Counted from the stretch's first letter, positions 1 to 13,278 are shown. The stretch: 64,000 nucleotides of DNA from Octopus vulgaris (GCA_951406725.2 OX597825.1:70494001-70558000), one strand, 5' to 3'. Numbers and translations are program-made. Notes: generated by a model from the letters alone, not told the origin.

Positions 1-65
1 CTTATACTTCATTTATTGTTTTTGCAAATACTGAATACTCTCTCTTTTATTCTTTTATTTTTTTT

Positions 66-417
66 TCAGTCATTTGACTGAGGCCATGCTGGAGCACTGC
101 CTTTAGTCGAAGAAATCGACCCCAGGACTTATTCTTAGTAAGCCTAGGCCTTATTCTATCGGTCTTTTTTGCCAAACTGCTAAGTTACAGGGATGTAAAC
201 ACACCAGCATCGATTGTCAAGCAATGTTGGGAGAACAAACACAGACACAAAAACATATACACATATATATATATATACACGATGAGCTTCTTTCAGTTTC
301 CGTCTACCAAATCCACTCAGAAGGCTTTGGTCGGCCCGAGGCTATAGTAGAAGACACTTGCCCAAGAAGACATGTGGTTGGTAAGCAAGCTACTTACCAC
401 ACAGCCACTCCTGCACC
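66..417 (-). mobile_element. tRNA-head SINE family A (other copies about 15566-15728, 21005-21150, 22325-22480, 39260-39420, 44253-44690, 53513-53670)
   Basis: Repeated ggctgtgtggtaag...ggttcagtcccactg head with A/B-box-like motifs and an internal (TA/TG)n tract. Confidence 0.8.
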
Positions 418-530
418 TATATTTTTTATATATATTCTTTACTTGGACTGTACCAACATACTTGGGTGTTTGACATCCCCTTGAAGGATTTTGATCCTCA
501 CCTCCTTTATATATATATCTATATATATAT

Positions 531-583
<53 letters not shown>

Positions 584-998
584 AGATACAAAATATACAT
601 TAAGTGAAAACTAAATACTATAATTTAAACTATATGCATTAAATTAAATTATTAATTAATTAATTAATTTATTTATTTATTTATTTAATGAACATCTAAA
701 TGAAATCTTATACTCATTAAGTAATTTATATTAAAAACCTTAATGTTAAGTAATATACATAATGTTAGTACAAGCTACAAATATTAGAATTAAAAAATAA
801 CTACTGGGGTCGATTTGTTCAACTAAAACCCTTCAAGGTGGTGCCCCAGCATGGCCATAGTCAAATGACTGAAACAAACAGGGAAGAATGATAAAATGAA
901 AAAAAAAATGCACATGAAAGTACATTGTCTAGCATAAAAAAGTTGAAATATTTCAAGAAGAGACTTATACATAAATCAGGTTGTCCAAAAATACTCAC

Positions 999-1134
999 CT
1001 TGGGGCTCTTAATACTTGCTCTAACATAAATTAATCGGTCGTTGGCAGTGGCTTGAGCAGTGTTCAAGGTGCTGATATCGGCTAGCGTGGCCTTTAATTT
1101 CCGCAGCTGTTCAGAAATTATGCTTTCTATACAT
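999..1134 (-). CDS. MYO9: Myosin-IX exon: end of RhoGAP and following coiled coil (CIESIISEQLRKLKATLADISTLNTAQATANDRLIYVRASIKSPK); gene continues beyond the left edge of the window
   Basis: cag| acceptor and |gtgag donor, 136 nt, phase 2 to 0. Peptide resembles the class IX myosin post-GAP segment (CVE.I..EQ..K.KA.L.DI..L). Confidence 0.93.
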
Positions 1135-1263
1135 CTGTAATTGGGAAGGAAGAAGAAAATTGTTTTTAGAAAATATCACATTTTGATCACCATTGTTTAT
1201 TTCTAAATATTGCCATCATGAAAATGTACATCCAAATACAAATGCTTTACAAACCAGAAAAAT

Positions 1264-1428
1264 TACCATATTTTAACATGTATAAGGAATCCCCTAATTT
1301 TGGGGGCTTCAAATTTGGAAAAAAGGTTTTGTAAGGAATTAAATACTATCCATGTGTAAGAAACTCCCATATTTTTTAAACCTAATTTTTGATGAAAAAG
1401 GGTTCCTTATACATGTTAAAATAAGGTA
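1264..1428. mobile_element. Tc1/pogo-type MITE
   Basis: Terminal inverted repeats taccatattttaacatgtataaggaa / ttccttatacatgttaaaataaggta with TA ends. Confidence 0.72.
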
Positions 1429-1972
1429 AATCTATAAATTCATAACAGTATCAATGCAGGAATGGTCGTGTGGTTATGAAGTTTGCTTTGCAACCATGTG
1501 ATTTCAGGTTCAGTCCCACTGCATGGCAGTGCTGAAGTACAGTATTGGTTGCACACGCTGTGCTTTCTAGCACACAAGGCAAATTTTTCAAACCAAAATT
1601 TACGGCCAAAAAATATAGGTTGACTTATACACAAAAACAACTTTGGAGAACCGAAAAATTTCATGTGAAATACAACAGGATTTGGAAAGACAGGAATGAT
1701 GTCTGAATATTTAAAACTACATGTTTATACTATATACTAAATCAACTTGTATGATGGGGAAAAAAAAACAAAAAAAAAACGATAGCAACACTGTTTGGCT
1801 CATGGAGAGATCTGTAAAATTTGTAGCTCATGTAATTAAGCGTTCTTTAATTACTACACTTGCTGTATGAATGCAATGTGCTAACGATTTGAATGAGAAG
1901 CAGGAACAGAAGAGGGTGCGAGAAAGTTTTTCAAAATATTAAGTTACCCATCTCCTACTATCTATTTCTTCT

Positions 1973-2258
1973 GGAGGCACTTGGCCTAGTGGTTAGAGCA
2001 GCGGACCCGCAGTCGAGGGATCACAGGTTCGAATCTCAAACCAGCCGATGTGTATGATTATGCGAAACACCCAAGCTCCACGCGGCTCCGGCAGAAGGTA
2101 ATGGCGAACTTCTGCCGACTCTTTCGCCACAACTTTCTCTCACTCTTTCCTCCTGCATCTTGCAGCTCACCTGCGACGGACCGGCGTCCCGTCCAGGTGG
2201 GGAACCTATACGCCAAGAAACCGGCCCTTATGAGCCAGGCATGGCTCAAGAAGGAACA
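1973..2258 (+). mobile_element. tRNA-head SINE family C (other copies about 20669-20970, 45708-46010)
   Basis: tggcctagtggttagagc...ggttcgaatctc A/B boxes followed by a shared body. Confidence 0.8.
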
Positions 2259-5132
2259 GAAAAAAAAATCTATTTCTCCACTCCTCTCTCTTACAACAAA
2301 ATGCAGTGATAATAATCAATGATATCAAGACATGATGCACCATGGGAAAATATCACTCAACAACAACATCAACAACGCTATACTATACATGCAAAAATAA
2401 TAACATTGAGGAAAAAAAGACCAAGGTAACTGGAATCATTAACAACAACAGATAACGAACCATAGAATATATATTTCTTTATTACCCACAAGGGGCTAAA
2501 CATAGAGGGGACAAACAAGGACAGACAAAGAGATTAAGTCGATTACATCGACCCCAATGCGAAACTGGCACTTTATTTATCAACCCTGAAAGGATGAAAG
2601 GTAAAGTCGACCTCGGCAGAATTTGAACTCAGAACATAGTGGCAGACAAAATACTACTAAGCATTTTGCCCGGGGTGCTAACAACTCTGCCAGCTCGCCG
2701 CCTTAACGGACCATAGAATATAGTGGAACAAATAATCAATAGTTATTGACTAACAACACCACAAGGTCCAGTCCTTGCTGCAGCATGATAGCTTGTATGC
2801 TTAACCCTTTAGAACTCAGATTACTCAAATGTAATGCTTATTTATTCCCACTGGTTTTGAATTAATCATGAGTTATCTTATAGCCTCGAGATTTTAACGG
2901 GTGATTATTTGATTTAAAAGAGACATTGTAGGGTAGGTGTCAGAGGTTGGACCTGGCTGATTTGAACACAGAGCAAGTAGAATATTTGAGAGCCAGATAT
3001 GGCCAGTTTAAATGTTAAGAGTTAAATGACCCAAAGAGTTATGCCTGTAGCGCACAAGCTGCTGGTAGGGCCTCTCATGCTGGACGGGTCAAAAGATAAA
3101 GGCCAGATTAATATGGACCACTTCTACCCAGAAGCAAAAATGGGTTCGCATAGGGCCAACAGTACAACCAAGAAAAACAAACCAAAGTTACAAAAGCATT
3201 GATGACAATTCAAAACTAACAAGACTCGAAAGAGGAAGTAGAAAAGACAGTCCAGAGTTGAAAACAGGAGAGCAAAGTTGCCGAGGGATTTCTGACAGGG
3301 AGCAAAGGGCTTAAGTAAGTCAGTGACTATGAAATGTACAAGTGTTTTGGATCACATGGCTAAAACCTTGAATACTTGGTGTATTCCTTGTAGAATAACA
3401 AAACAGAACTGCAAACAAATTTTTAGCAACAGAACCATCATAATAATTTTTTCTGTAATAGGCAGAAGAGAAGGCCTGAAATTTAGTGGGAAGCTGCTAG
3501 TTGACTATGCCAACCCCAGTACTCAACTATTACTTATTTTATTAACACCTGAAAGAGTAAAAGGAACTGGTCAATGTTGATAGAATTTGAACTCAGAATG
3601 TAAAGCTGGAAGAAATATCACTTAGCATTTTGTCTAGTATGCTGGCAATTCTGCCAGCTAGCTGCCTTTGTAATTTTTGGCACAAGGTCAGCAGGTATGC
3701 AAGGAGGGGCAAGTTAATTACATTGAACCAGTAATTTATTGGAGCCAATGTATTTTATCAACATCAAAAGTACAAAAGGCAAAGCTGACCTCAGCAGAAT
3801 TTGAACCCAGGACATAAAGCTAGAAGAAATGCTATTTAGTGTTAGTCCAACATGGTAATGATTCTACCAGCTCACTGCCTTTAAAGTTGATCCTAATGAT
3901 TCTACCAGATTCTACCAGAGTATAATGACTCCACCAGTTCACTGTCTTTAAACTTAATGATTCTACCAGATTCTACCAGAGTCTAATGATTCCAATAACA
4001 AAGGTTTCTAATTTAGTCATAATGCCAACAATTTTGAAGGAAGGGAGTTAGCCAATATCATCAACCCCCATACCAGATTAGGATTTTCTTCCATTGGCCC
4101 TGAAAGGGTGGAAAGAAAAATTTGCGTTGACTGGTTTACAATTCAGAATTTAAAAAAAAAGTTGGGGAGGGGACTACACTAACACTAAAAATTATACCAA
4201 TCCCCTACCATTAATTATGTCAGCTTTTATTATATTGATTACTTCAATACACATGTATGTGTGTGTGTGTGTGTGTGTATGTGTGTGTGTTTGTGTGCAC
4301 ATGTGTTTGTGTTTGTGCTTGTCCCCTCCCATGACGACTTGACAGCCTGTGTTTGTTTGTTTGTATCCTAGTAACTTAAGCAGTGTTTGGCAAAAGAGAC
4401 CAGGCTTAAAAAAATAATCACTGGGATTGATTTGTTTGACTAAAAACTCTTTGAGGTGGTGCCCCAGTATGGCCACAGTCCAATGACTGAAAACAAGTAA
4501 GAACATAGGTAAAAAAAAACAATCAAAGATATACACTATGTAAAAAGAAATATATATATAAAACATTTGCAAAGTTGTCGTCGCTGCCGTTTAACAGGAG
4601 CCGGCCAGGCTGGAGCCTACACCACACTTCTGTGTCTGTTTTTGGCAGGTAGGGAAGTAAATATCACTACTACTGCTGCTACAACTCCTCTTCCTTCTCC
4701 TCCCCTCCTCCTCTTACTACAGCTGTTACTAGTTACAGCACTATTTCTACCGTCATCACAACAACAGCATGAACAATCTCTAGTACACTACTAATACTAC
4801 TGCTACTGCAACTGTCGTTGTTGCATCAACTACTACAACTATTGGTGATGCTACCACCACAACTACCATCACCACTACCATCAATGCCACTACTACTAAT
4901 TATGATCTCTTTTGCAGAGATACACTGTCCACATTTGAATTGTACAGCCTCATTTGATTTCACTCCTGTGTATCAGTAGGATTCACTATGGGCTCGGGGA
5001 AAGCAAGGGAACCTCTCTGTCGTTGCTTGACCTGTAAGAAATAGTAGCCAAATCTCCTTCAAATCACACTCTGCTGTCTTAAACGACAAAGCGAGGATGG
5101 TCATGACTGGAATGTCTTTGATCATAAGACTG

Positions 5133-5862
5133 GCTGATCAATCAGTAGGGGCTGGTCAATCAGCAGGGGCTGGTCAATCAGCAGGGGCTGGCCAATCAGC
5201 AGGGGCTGGTCAATCAGCAGGGGCTGGTCAATCAGCAGAGGCTGGCCAATCAGCAGGGGCTGGTCAATCAGCAGGGGCTGGTCAATCAGCAGGGGCTGGC
5301 CAATCAGCAGGGGCTGGTCAATCAGCAGGGGCTGGTCAATCAGCAGGGGCTGGCCAATCAGCAGGGGGCTGGTCAATCAGCAGGGGCTGGCCAACCAGCA
5401 GGGGCTGGTCAATCAGCAGGGGCTGGCCAATCAGCAGGGGCTGGCCAATCAGCAGGGGCTGGCCAATCAGCAGGGGCTGGTCAATCAGCAGGGGCTGGCC
5501 AATCAGCAGGGGCTGGCCAATCAGCAGGGGCTGGTCAATCAGCAGGGGCTGGTCAATCAGTAGGGGCTGGTCAATCAGCAGGGGCTGGCCAATCAGCAGG
5601 GGCTGGCCAATCAGCAGGGGCTGGCCAATCAGCAGGGGCTGGTCAATCAACAGGGGCTGGCCAATCAGCAGGGGCTGGTCAATCAGCAGGGGGCTGGCCA
5701 ATCAGCAGGGGCTGGCCAATCAGCAGGGGCTGGTCAATCAGCAGGGGCTGGCCAATCAGCAGGGGCTGGCCAATCAGCAGGGGCTGGTCAATCAGCAGGG
5801 GGCTGGTCAATCAGCAGGGGCTGGCCAATCAGCAGGGGCTGGTCAATCAGCAGGGGCTGGTC
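5133..5862. repeat. 18-bp GC-rich minisatellite (GGGGCTGGYCAATCAGCA), about 40 copies
   Basis: Read directly from the sequence; explains the AGAGQS / GWPISR / PLLIDQ pseudo-ORFs. Confidence 0.97.
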
Positions 5863-6756
5863 TGAGGCTTAACAACAATTTCTAGAGTGAAATTTGGTTT
5901 CTGAACACATACAGTACTGCTGCAACCATTTGACGAGAAAGTATTTATTGCCATGCTGCATGCAAGTCTACAAAGAACTGAACTCCATTCCAGAACTAAG
6001 GCCTACACAGAACAGAACTCCACTTCTATCCCACTCCAGAACTAAACTCTGCAGAAATCAGAACTTGCCATCTGCTAAGATTGAACACAAACCCCTCATA
6101 ATGCCTTTACCCCAGTTGACCATGCTGAGTTAATTAACACTATCATGCAAAACAAATTAACTAATTAATATAAAGAGACTACATCAATAACAACCACAAC
6201 AAGTTGCATAATATCATATACAAAAGATGAATTCATAAAGGGATGATGAAGAGGGGAAAATGATAAAAATGAAATAAGGATGAAAATTTGATGGAATTTT
6301 CGTGTCAGATAACAAGAAATTTAGAGTTATCTCCCTTATAGATTTTTTTCTCTCATATGTGTGTGTTGCTAGTATTCACCAAGCTACTAGGGTAACCTCT
6401 TAATGGTCACCAGACCTGCAAGAAATAGCAGCCAAATTTCCCTTAAATCACACCATACCATCTATTAAAAAACAACAACAACAACAAAGAGAGGACACAT
6501 TAGATAATGTAGTCCAAGATATCCTTAAACAAGATAGGATGTTTATGGCTGGAATGTCTTTGACCACGTGTCTACTGGATCAAGGTTGACCTGGTACTAA
6601 ACAACACCAACAACAAAAACAGTCAAATCTGTAGCCCTTTCTATCTTAATATAATACAAAGAACACATTAGATAATCCAGTCCAAAACAGCCCTAAAAAC
6701 GACATGATGGGTAAGGCTGGAATGTCTTTGATTGTGCAAATATATGACTGAGTTGA

Positions 6757-7420
6757 AGGCAACGAGCTGGCAGAATGATTAGCATGCCAGGCAAAATGCT
6801 TAGCGGTATTTCATCTTGTCTTTACATTCTGAGTTCAAATTCCACTGAGGTCGACTTTGCCTTTCATCCTTTTGGGGTCAATAAATTAAGTACCAGTTGT
6901 GTACTGGGGTTGATCTAATCAACTGGCCCTCTCCCCAAAAATTTCAGGCTTTGTGCCTAGAGTAGAAAAGAATATATGACTGACTCGAAGGCAGACAGCT
7001 GGCAGAAACGTTAGCATGCCGGGCGAAATGCTTAGCGGTATTTCGTCTGCCGTTACATTCTGAGTTCAAATTCTGCCAAGGTCGACTTCACCTCTCATCC
7101 TTTCGGGGTTGATAGATTAAGTACCAGTTACGCACTGAGGGTCGATGTAATCGACTTAATCCCTTTGTCTGTCCTTGTTTGTCCCATCTGTGTTTAGCCC
7201 CTTGTGGGTAGTAAAAAGATAAGAAACGTTAGCACACCGGGCAAAGTGTTTAGCGGTATTTCGTCTATCTTTACGTTCTGAGTTCAAATTCCGCTGAGGT
7301 CAACTTCACATTTCATCCTTTGGGGGTCGATAAATTAAGTACCAGTTGTGTACTGGAGTTGATCTAATCAACTGCCCTGCCCCACCAAAAAATTTCAGGC
7401 CTTGTGCCTAGAGTAGGAAT
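6757..7420 (+). mobile_element. Tandem cluster of SINE family B (other copies about 2473-2703, 28055-28195, 51400-51730, 59120-59410, 63521-63750)
   Basis: Repeated ggcgagctggcagaaacgttagc...gagttcaaattcc...gcctttcatcctttcggggtcgataaattaagtaccag unit. Confidence 0.85.
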
Positions 7421-7865
7421 GTACGACTGAGTAATGTTACCCAGACAAGGGGTACTTGTTAATACTTAAGGTACTATTTATTTGATCTTCATGTAAAAGA
7501 ATTTCAGAATGGTTGGCCAGAAAGAAAACAGAAAACAGAGACAAATACAAACCAGGAATTTTATAGAACATAATGCAATTGAAAATATTTGGAAGGAAAA
7601 AAATGGAAAAACAACAAGAAAACAACTGCATCTCATAAACAGAGAAAAAGATATCTTTGTCAGATATTAAAAATAAATGAGTAAAATTTTATAAACTACA
7701 ACTATGATATTAAGAATGATGAGAAATGGGTAGAAAAGGTTTTGGAACTTCACACAGCATTTTCCTTTTACTTTTTAAAAAATTTTTTTTGTTTTTAGAT
7801 AGAAATAAGGGGGTTAGCTGAAACATGTCCAAAAGTTATTCCGCAGACAAAAAGAGATCGCTCAC

Positions 7866-7934
7866 GTTTGGAAATGCCACCTTAAATTGTTGGCTACATA
7901 AGAAAAATCTGCCCCTTGTGGTTGGCTACAACAC
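7866..7934 (-). CDS. MYO9: Candidate 69-nt cassette exon of MYO9 (Q-CCSQPQGADFSYVANNLRWHFQ-T)
   Basis: Pyrimidine tract plus gagtag| acceptor and |gtgagc donor. Phase 2 to 2, matching its intron, and open in that frame. No homology support. Confidence 0.55.
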
Positions 7935-8121
7935 CTACTCAAAGAAAAACAAAAACAAACAAAAAAGACGAAGAAAAAGACAAAAAAAAGCAACAAAAAT
8001 AGAACTGATCTGTCCAGTCAAAATCCTGCGTTATTCACAAAATACACATTTTCATAATCAGACAATTTTTTATTCAATTTCTTTTAAATTCCAAATTTAA
8101 CAAAATAATAATAATAATAAT

Positions 8122-8596
8122 AAAAGATAGGCTACAGCAAATATTCTGCTCAATAACAGAGATTTGCTTGTCAGTTGTTTGACCATAACCAGTTGACCAT
8201 GTCCCTTAGTGGCTGACGATATGTGCATCTTTGATCACGAGCAGAAGTAGTGGGGGAGCATCATAGCTGTGTGTTGGAAGGAATTCTTTGTGGTTTGGAT
8301 AATTCACTAATTCACCTTCGGAAACATGGGTGTTTTGTTCAACATCCTTAAACAATCCTTATTCAGGGACCTTTTGAGCAGGATGGGCTACTCGACCAAA
8401 AGAAAATTCTAACTGGGCCCCACTTGAAAGGTCATGTGCTGTTTGTCTTGATATGAGATCACCATGTTGCGCCCATATGGTTGTGATGCATGTGCCTGGT
8501 GTACCCTTATCAGACGGGTAGTCATGATGGGTATACTGGGCTTCGTATATTTTACCCCAGTATCACTTTAATGGCATGCACTGCTCCCTCACTCAA
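8122..8596. mobile_element. Dispersed repeat inserted in (AAT)n; inverted partial copy at 16072-16323
   Basis: 8344-8594 is the reverse complement of 16072-16323 with few mismatches; both are flanked by AAT/TAT tracts. Confidence 0.8.
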
Positions 8597-8969
8597 TAAT
8601 AATAATAATAATAACAACAAATAAGGGCTGCAATAAGCCATTTTTGGAGAGGGGGAAATGTTGATTACATTGACCTCCCACCGCCGACGCTGACAAAGAA
8701 GAAGAAGAAGAATTCTTTCTATTGTGTATGTGTGCACGCATACATGCGTGCCCTCATCTAGACATCATGTGATGGTTGTTAATGAGTGCCACTGACATGC
8801 AAGCAATGCGGTTTCACGTATTCTGTGTGAAGCATTGTCTGGCACTGGGGGGAATGTTACCTTGCTTGGAAACAGGTGAGGTTTAGTGACAAGAAGGGCA
8901 TCTGGCTGAAGATAATCTACCTCATTAAACTTCACCTGATCCAAGCAAGCATGAAAAAGTGGATATTAA

Positions 8970-9010
<41 letters not shown>

Positions 9011-9326
9011 GAAGAAGAAAGAAAGGAGAAAACCACAGCTTACTACCTTAAAAAATGGGGAGTGATCAACACATCAGACAATAGTAGTCCTTGATACACT
9101 AAGACAATAATAACAGCCATGGTTAGAACACCTTTGATCACAGGTCTACTGTGTCACAGCTGATCCAAGGGCTAAACAACAATAACAACACAATAAAAGG
9201 CAAAAAAAAAAAAGCAAACTAACAAACAAACAGCAAAAAGTCTTGTATGTAAGATGAGAAGATGAAATGTGAAGTAAAAAAATGTGGAGAATTCAGATTG
9301 TTACAAGAAGACTTTTCAGAACTTAC

Positions 9327-9458
9327 TGAGATTGTTTGGGCACTTGCTGGAGAGATTCTTGTGCTTGCATTTTCTTGTTGGTTCGCAGAAGACAGGGAAC
9401 GAAAATGATTGCCAATCCATTGGCAGACATCTTGTTACTGTCTTCATGTTGGGCCACA
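9327..9458 (-). CDS. MYO9: Myosin-IX exon: RhoGAP C-terminal motif (VAQHEDSNKMSANGLAIIFVPCLLRTNKKMQAQESLQQVPKQS)
   Basis: aag| and |gtaagt, 132 nt, phase 2 to 2. Contains the canonical RhoGAP N.M...NLAI.F.P.L motif. Confidence 0.96.
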
Positions 9459-9628
9459 CTTTTTTGGAAAAAAAAAAAAAATGTGGAGGAACAAAATATT
9501 AATTAAATTTCATTCAATATTTCCCGAAAAAATGATAATTACTTTTTTAAAACCACACAGATGAGAAATCATTTTTATGTCACCCTTTTGGATATGGTGC
9601 CAGTCTAACACAGGAAAAATATTTACAG

Positions 9629-9856
9629 TTAACCCTTTCGTTACTGTATTTATTTTGAGATGCTCTGTGTTTCTTTTAATTACTTTAAATATAGCAAAGA
9701 ATTTATCAAAATAACTTAGTTATTATTCAGCTAGTGTTAAGAACATAAATTGTGACTAAGGTTTGGTGGAAGATTTTAATTCAAAACTTATGAAAACAAG
9801 ACATTTGTATTCAGAGCCAAGGCCAGTTTCAGCCGGGTTGGTAACGAAAGGGTTAA
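9629..9856. mobile_element. piggyBac-type MITE (TTAA target duplication, CCCTTTCGTTAC termini)
   Basis: ttaa-ccctttcgttac ... gtaacgaaaggg-ttaa; other copies in the window. Confidence 0.85.
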
Positions 9857-10397
9857 ACACTACAGTTTAACAAATCACCAATTTTATAGTGCTCCCACCA
9901 CTTACACTAGCAATTTCTGCTGCTCTGTGGTATTCTGTAATAAACTCTACTATTCTGCAATAACTACTTACAACTGTGACCTCAACCACTCACTCGATGG
10001 TAACTACCGACATCAGAGTGGATTCAGTTGATGAGGGTTTAGTATTGTCGTGAGTAAACTGTGGCCTGCAAAGACTTTCTAAATGGCATGCCTAATAAAA
10101 AATTGCCTTCATTTTTTTTTTTTTTTAGTAGTTTGATCCTTCTAATGATGATCCAAGTTTCATGGAGCTCACTTCTCGAAAAAGGTTGTCCATGTCTGGT
10201 TTAGTTGTTGGACACTGATACAATGTAGGGAAAGAATACCAGGGAAATATTTGGTACTTACTTTCACCAACTAGGTTCATAACACACTTGATACATTAAC
10301 ACGTGGTACATGCCCTGTGTGTTTGTAATCACCAGGCCACATACTCATCAGGTACATATACACCTGGTACGTTGATACATCACACACAGATACCTGA

Positions 10398-10655
10398 CAT
10401 GTACATATTACATACACACCTGGTGTGTATATTTGCTGGGATATACACACCTGAGAAATACACACAAATCTAAAAATATATACATGTACATATTACATAC
10501 ACACCTGGTGTGTATATTTGCTGTGATATACACACCTGAGATATACACACAAACCTAAAAATATATACACGTACATATTACATACACACCTCTTGTGTAT
10601 ATTTTCTGGGATATACACACCTGAGACATACACACAAATCGAAAAATATATACAC
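10398..10655. repeat. 85-bp tandem repeat, 3 copies
   Basis: gtacatatta recurs at 10401, 10486 and 10571; each unit has a ggtgtgtatat...atatacacacc hairpin. Confidence 0.9.
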
Positions 10656-11436
10656 TTTATGCATACATATATATATAGTCATCATTTTCATCCATTGGAG
10701 CATCAAGGACTATATAGTCATCCTGAAGGAGCATCTGGTCAGCTAGTCATGACCGATGACTTGCAGCCTCCCTCTTTCGACTGTGACCACCTTCAATTCA
10801 GTCTCAAGACCAGGTGAAGATGACTGGAATTAAGATGAGTCCAGTGGATGACAAAGATGTCTTAAATATCACATTTTGCTCTCTGCCCTCCACAAGGCAT
10901 TGCTGCAGCCACCCTCCCTTCCACTGAGCTACGATGGTTTCTTTCCACAGAGCCCGCTAGATCCAGTCTTCACCCACATAGGTAAGCAAGCGATAATATG
11001 CCAATTAACCCGTTGCTGAGACCTTGATAGGTGCTATTGCTCTGGGTCAGTGTGAACTTGAGGATAATAGTAGCCTAAAAGTGGTACCACACTCCTCAAA
11101 ATTCTGGAACTTCCGAACCAGGGGTGCCCCAGCATGGCCGCAGCTGAAACATTTTTAAGGATTTAAGGATTTTTTACTCGATGCAGTTTAAAGTCATATT
11201 CAGGACTTCCATATAAAGTATGTATATGCACACCTTGTATATGCATACCTGGTACATATGAACATATGAATGGACCTGCTGTATGCACACATAGTAATGT
11301 ATATATTAATACAGACATATAAAACATAGAACATGCGTACACATGATACATACCTATCTTACACACACACACTTGGTACAGACACAGATGTTACTTTAGA
11401 ATCAAATGGAAGTGAAATAAACCATTCTTTCCTTAC

Positions 11437-11542
11437 CGGGCAAGATGGAATATGAGACGTTCAAATAAATGGTAGTTAGATTTGGGAAGACGTTCTGTAA
11501 CTGCATACAAAGCTTGGATGGCCTCTACCGACTCTTTGATTT
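11437..11542 (-). CDS. MYO9: Myosin-IX exon: RhoGAP (IKESVEAIQALYAVTERLPKSNYHLFERLIFHLAR)
   Basis: cag| and |gtaag, 106 nt, phase 1 to 2. LP..N...L..L..HL RhoGAP motif. Confidence 0.96.
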
Positions 11543-11930
11543 CTGAAGAGAATAACATGAGATAGTGTTACAGGAAAGAGAGAGAGAGGCACACAGACAG
11601 ACTGAAAGAAAATATCAAAATTTTAGTAAATGAACATTTTTGAATAGATAATAATGTCTTAAATTGGCGATTGGTCGTTAAGGTGGAAGATACTTTAAAG
11701 TAGAGTGAATGAAAGGTAATGAGAAACTTAGTGAAATTTGAACTCAGAACACAGGTGAAGCAGGTGAAAACTAAAAAGAGCCAAGCAGTATTGAGTTTTT
11801 TTACTTGTTTGTTTGTTTGTAAGTATGTATGGATGTATGGATGGATAGATGGAAACATAGACAGACAGACAAAAACATAAATAGATAGATAGATAGACAG
11901 ATGGAGTTTGTCTATTTGCGAATCAATTAC

Positions 11931-12059
11931 CTGAGGCTTGAATGAAATCATCATAAAGATCGTATGTTAAAAGGGGTTCTGGAAGCTCGCGGAAGAAACA
12001 CTTCAACGTCGTGGTGAGTACGTGAATTGGATATTCATCTAAGTCTACATTTTCAATAC
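11931..12059 (-). CDS. MYO9: Myosin-IX exon: RhoGAP (GIENVDLDEYPIHVLTTTLKCFFRELPEPLLTYDLYDDFIQAS)
   Basis: cag| and |gtaatt, 129 nt, phase 1 to 1. LK.FFRELPEPLLT motif. Confidence 0.97.
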
Positions 12060-12276
12060 CTGAAAGAAGAATGGAACCAATTAAATGGTGTACACTAACA
12101 ACTCTGCCAGATCAATGTATAATAATAATAATAATAATAATAACGACGCCGACGCCACCAATGACCTCCTTCGGTCATGACACAGACCATGGGATTGCAC
12201 CTAGAAAGTTACCCTCCCAGGCACAACCTCATGATCGTAAGCTTGATGCTCTAACCACTGAGCCATGTGCCTTCAC

Positions 12277-12337
<61 letters not shown>

Positions 12338-12623
12338 CTGATGTGCTAACAATTCTGCCATCTAGCCACCATAATGGTGGTGGTGGTGGTGGTGATGGTG
12401 ATAAAGGAAGTAGACTGATTTAATTAAATAGACCCTAATACTCAACCAGTATTTTATTTTATTAAACACTGAAAGGATTAAAGGCAAAGCTGACTTCAGA
12501 TGGATTTCAGTTGAGATCAATATGCCATAAGCACTTTCCTAAAAATAATAACAATAATAATTTAAAAAAAAGAAAAAAAAAAGGAGCCATCCCTGTCCGT
12601 TCCTTCCTGTAAAGGCTACTCAC

Positions 12624-12816
12624 CTTCTTCATCTACTGCATTCTTCAACTGCTTCACTTTGGCAGCGGCACCACATTTTCGGTATAAGCCAACTGTATAA
12701 AGACCGTGTAGTTCTATAGCTGAGATTAACTTTTCAGCGACCAAAGGCACATTTTCTCCATCAGTTATCAAAGACTCAAGAGGAAAGCCAAACACTTGGT
12801 TATTTCCAACTGAACC
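12624..12816 (-). CDS. MYO9: Myosin-IX exon: RhoGAP N-terminus with arginine finger (GSVGNNQVFGFPLESL...HGLYTVGLYRKCG...VDEE)
   Basis: cag| and |gtgag, 193 nt, phase 0 to 1. FG.PL..L and GLYRK.G motifs. Confidence 0.97.
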
Positions 12817-12949
12817 CTGTGAAAATAGACAAGGGAAAGAATCATTCCAACAGTGAATGTTTGGAAAGCATTTCAATAGCATAATCCTAGCATATATCTA
12901 TCTATAAATATATATATATCAAAATAAGCAACAAGGATATCCAGAGGTA

Positions 12950-13038
12950 ATGCAGTACGATCGTTTCATGCAACTCCATTTAATTGAACAATGCAATCCT
13001 TACATCAATTGAAAATGCAGAGCGATCCTCAGCTGCAC
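12950..13038 (-). ncRNA. Type I hammerhead ribozyme motif (C3-G8, long stem II) in the left arm of a fold-back element
   Basis: Minus strand: GTGCAG-CTGAGGA-[long stem II]-GAAA-CGATCG-TA-CTGCAT. Palindromic stem III ACGATCGT, GUA cleavage triplet. Confidence 0.75.
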
Positions 13039-13278
13039 AAAGACATAGAATTTAATTAAATTAGAACAGATGGACACATTAGTATAATTATACCTAAAAT
13101 CTCCAAGAAGTTAAAGGAGATAGACAAAGAACATGCATCTCCACTCCAGCATAGAAGTTACTCTATGTTAAAGTAGAGACAGCATGTTCTTTGTCTATCT
13201 CCTTAACTTCTTGGAGATTTTAGGTATAATTATACTAATGTGTCCATCTGTTCTAATTTAATTAAATTCTATGTCATT

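Noticed and set aside
1973-2045. tRNA-like sequences with A/B boxes (also about 16950-17015, 20669-20740, 45708-45780)
   Set aside because: SINE heads continuing into repeat bodies; no complete cloverleaf.
5097-5885. 262-aa ORF with silk/elastin-like AGAGQS and GWPISR repeats
   Set aside because: Translation of an 18-bp minisatellite; the frame shifts with G-run length and it is antisense and intronic.
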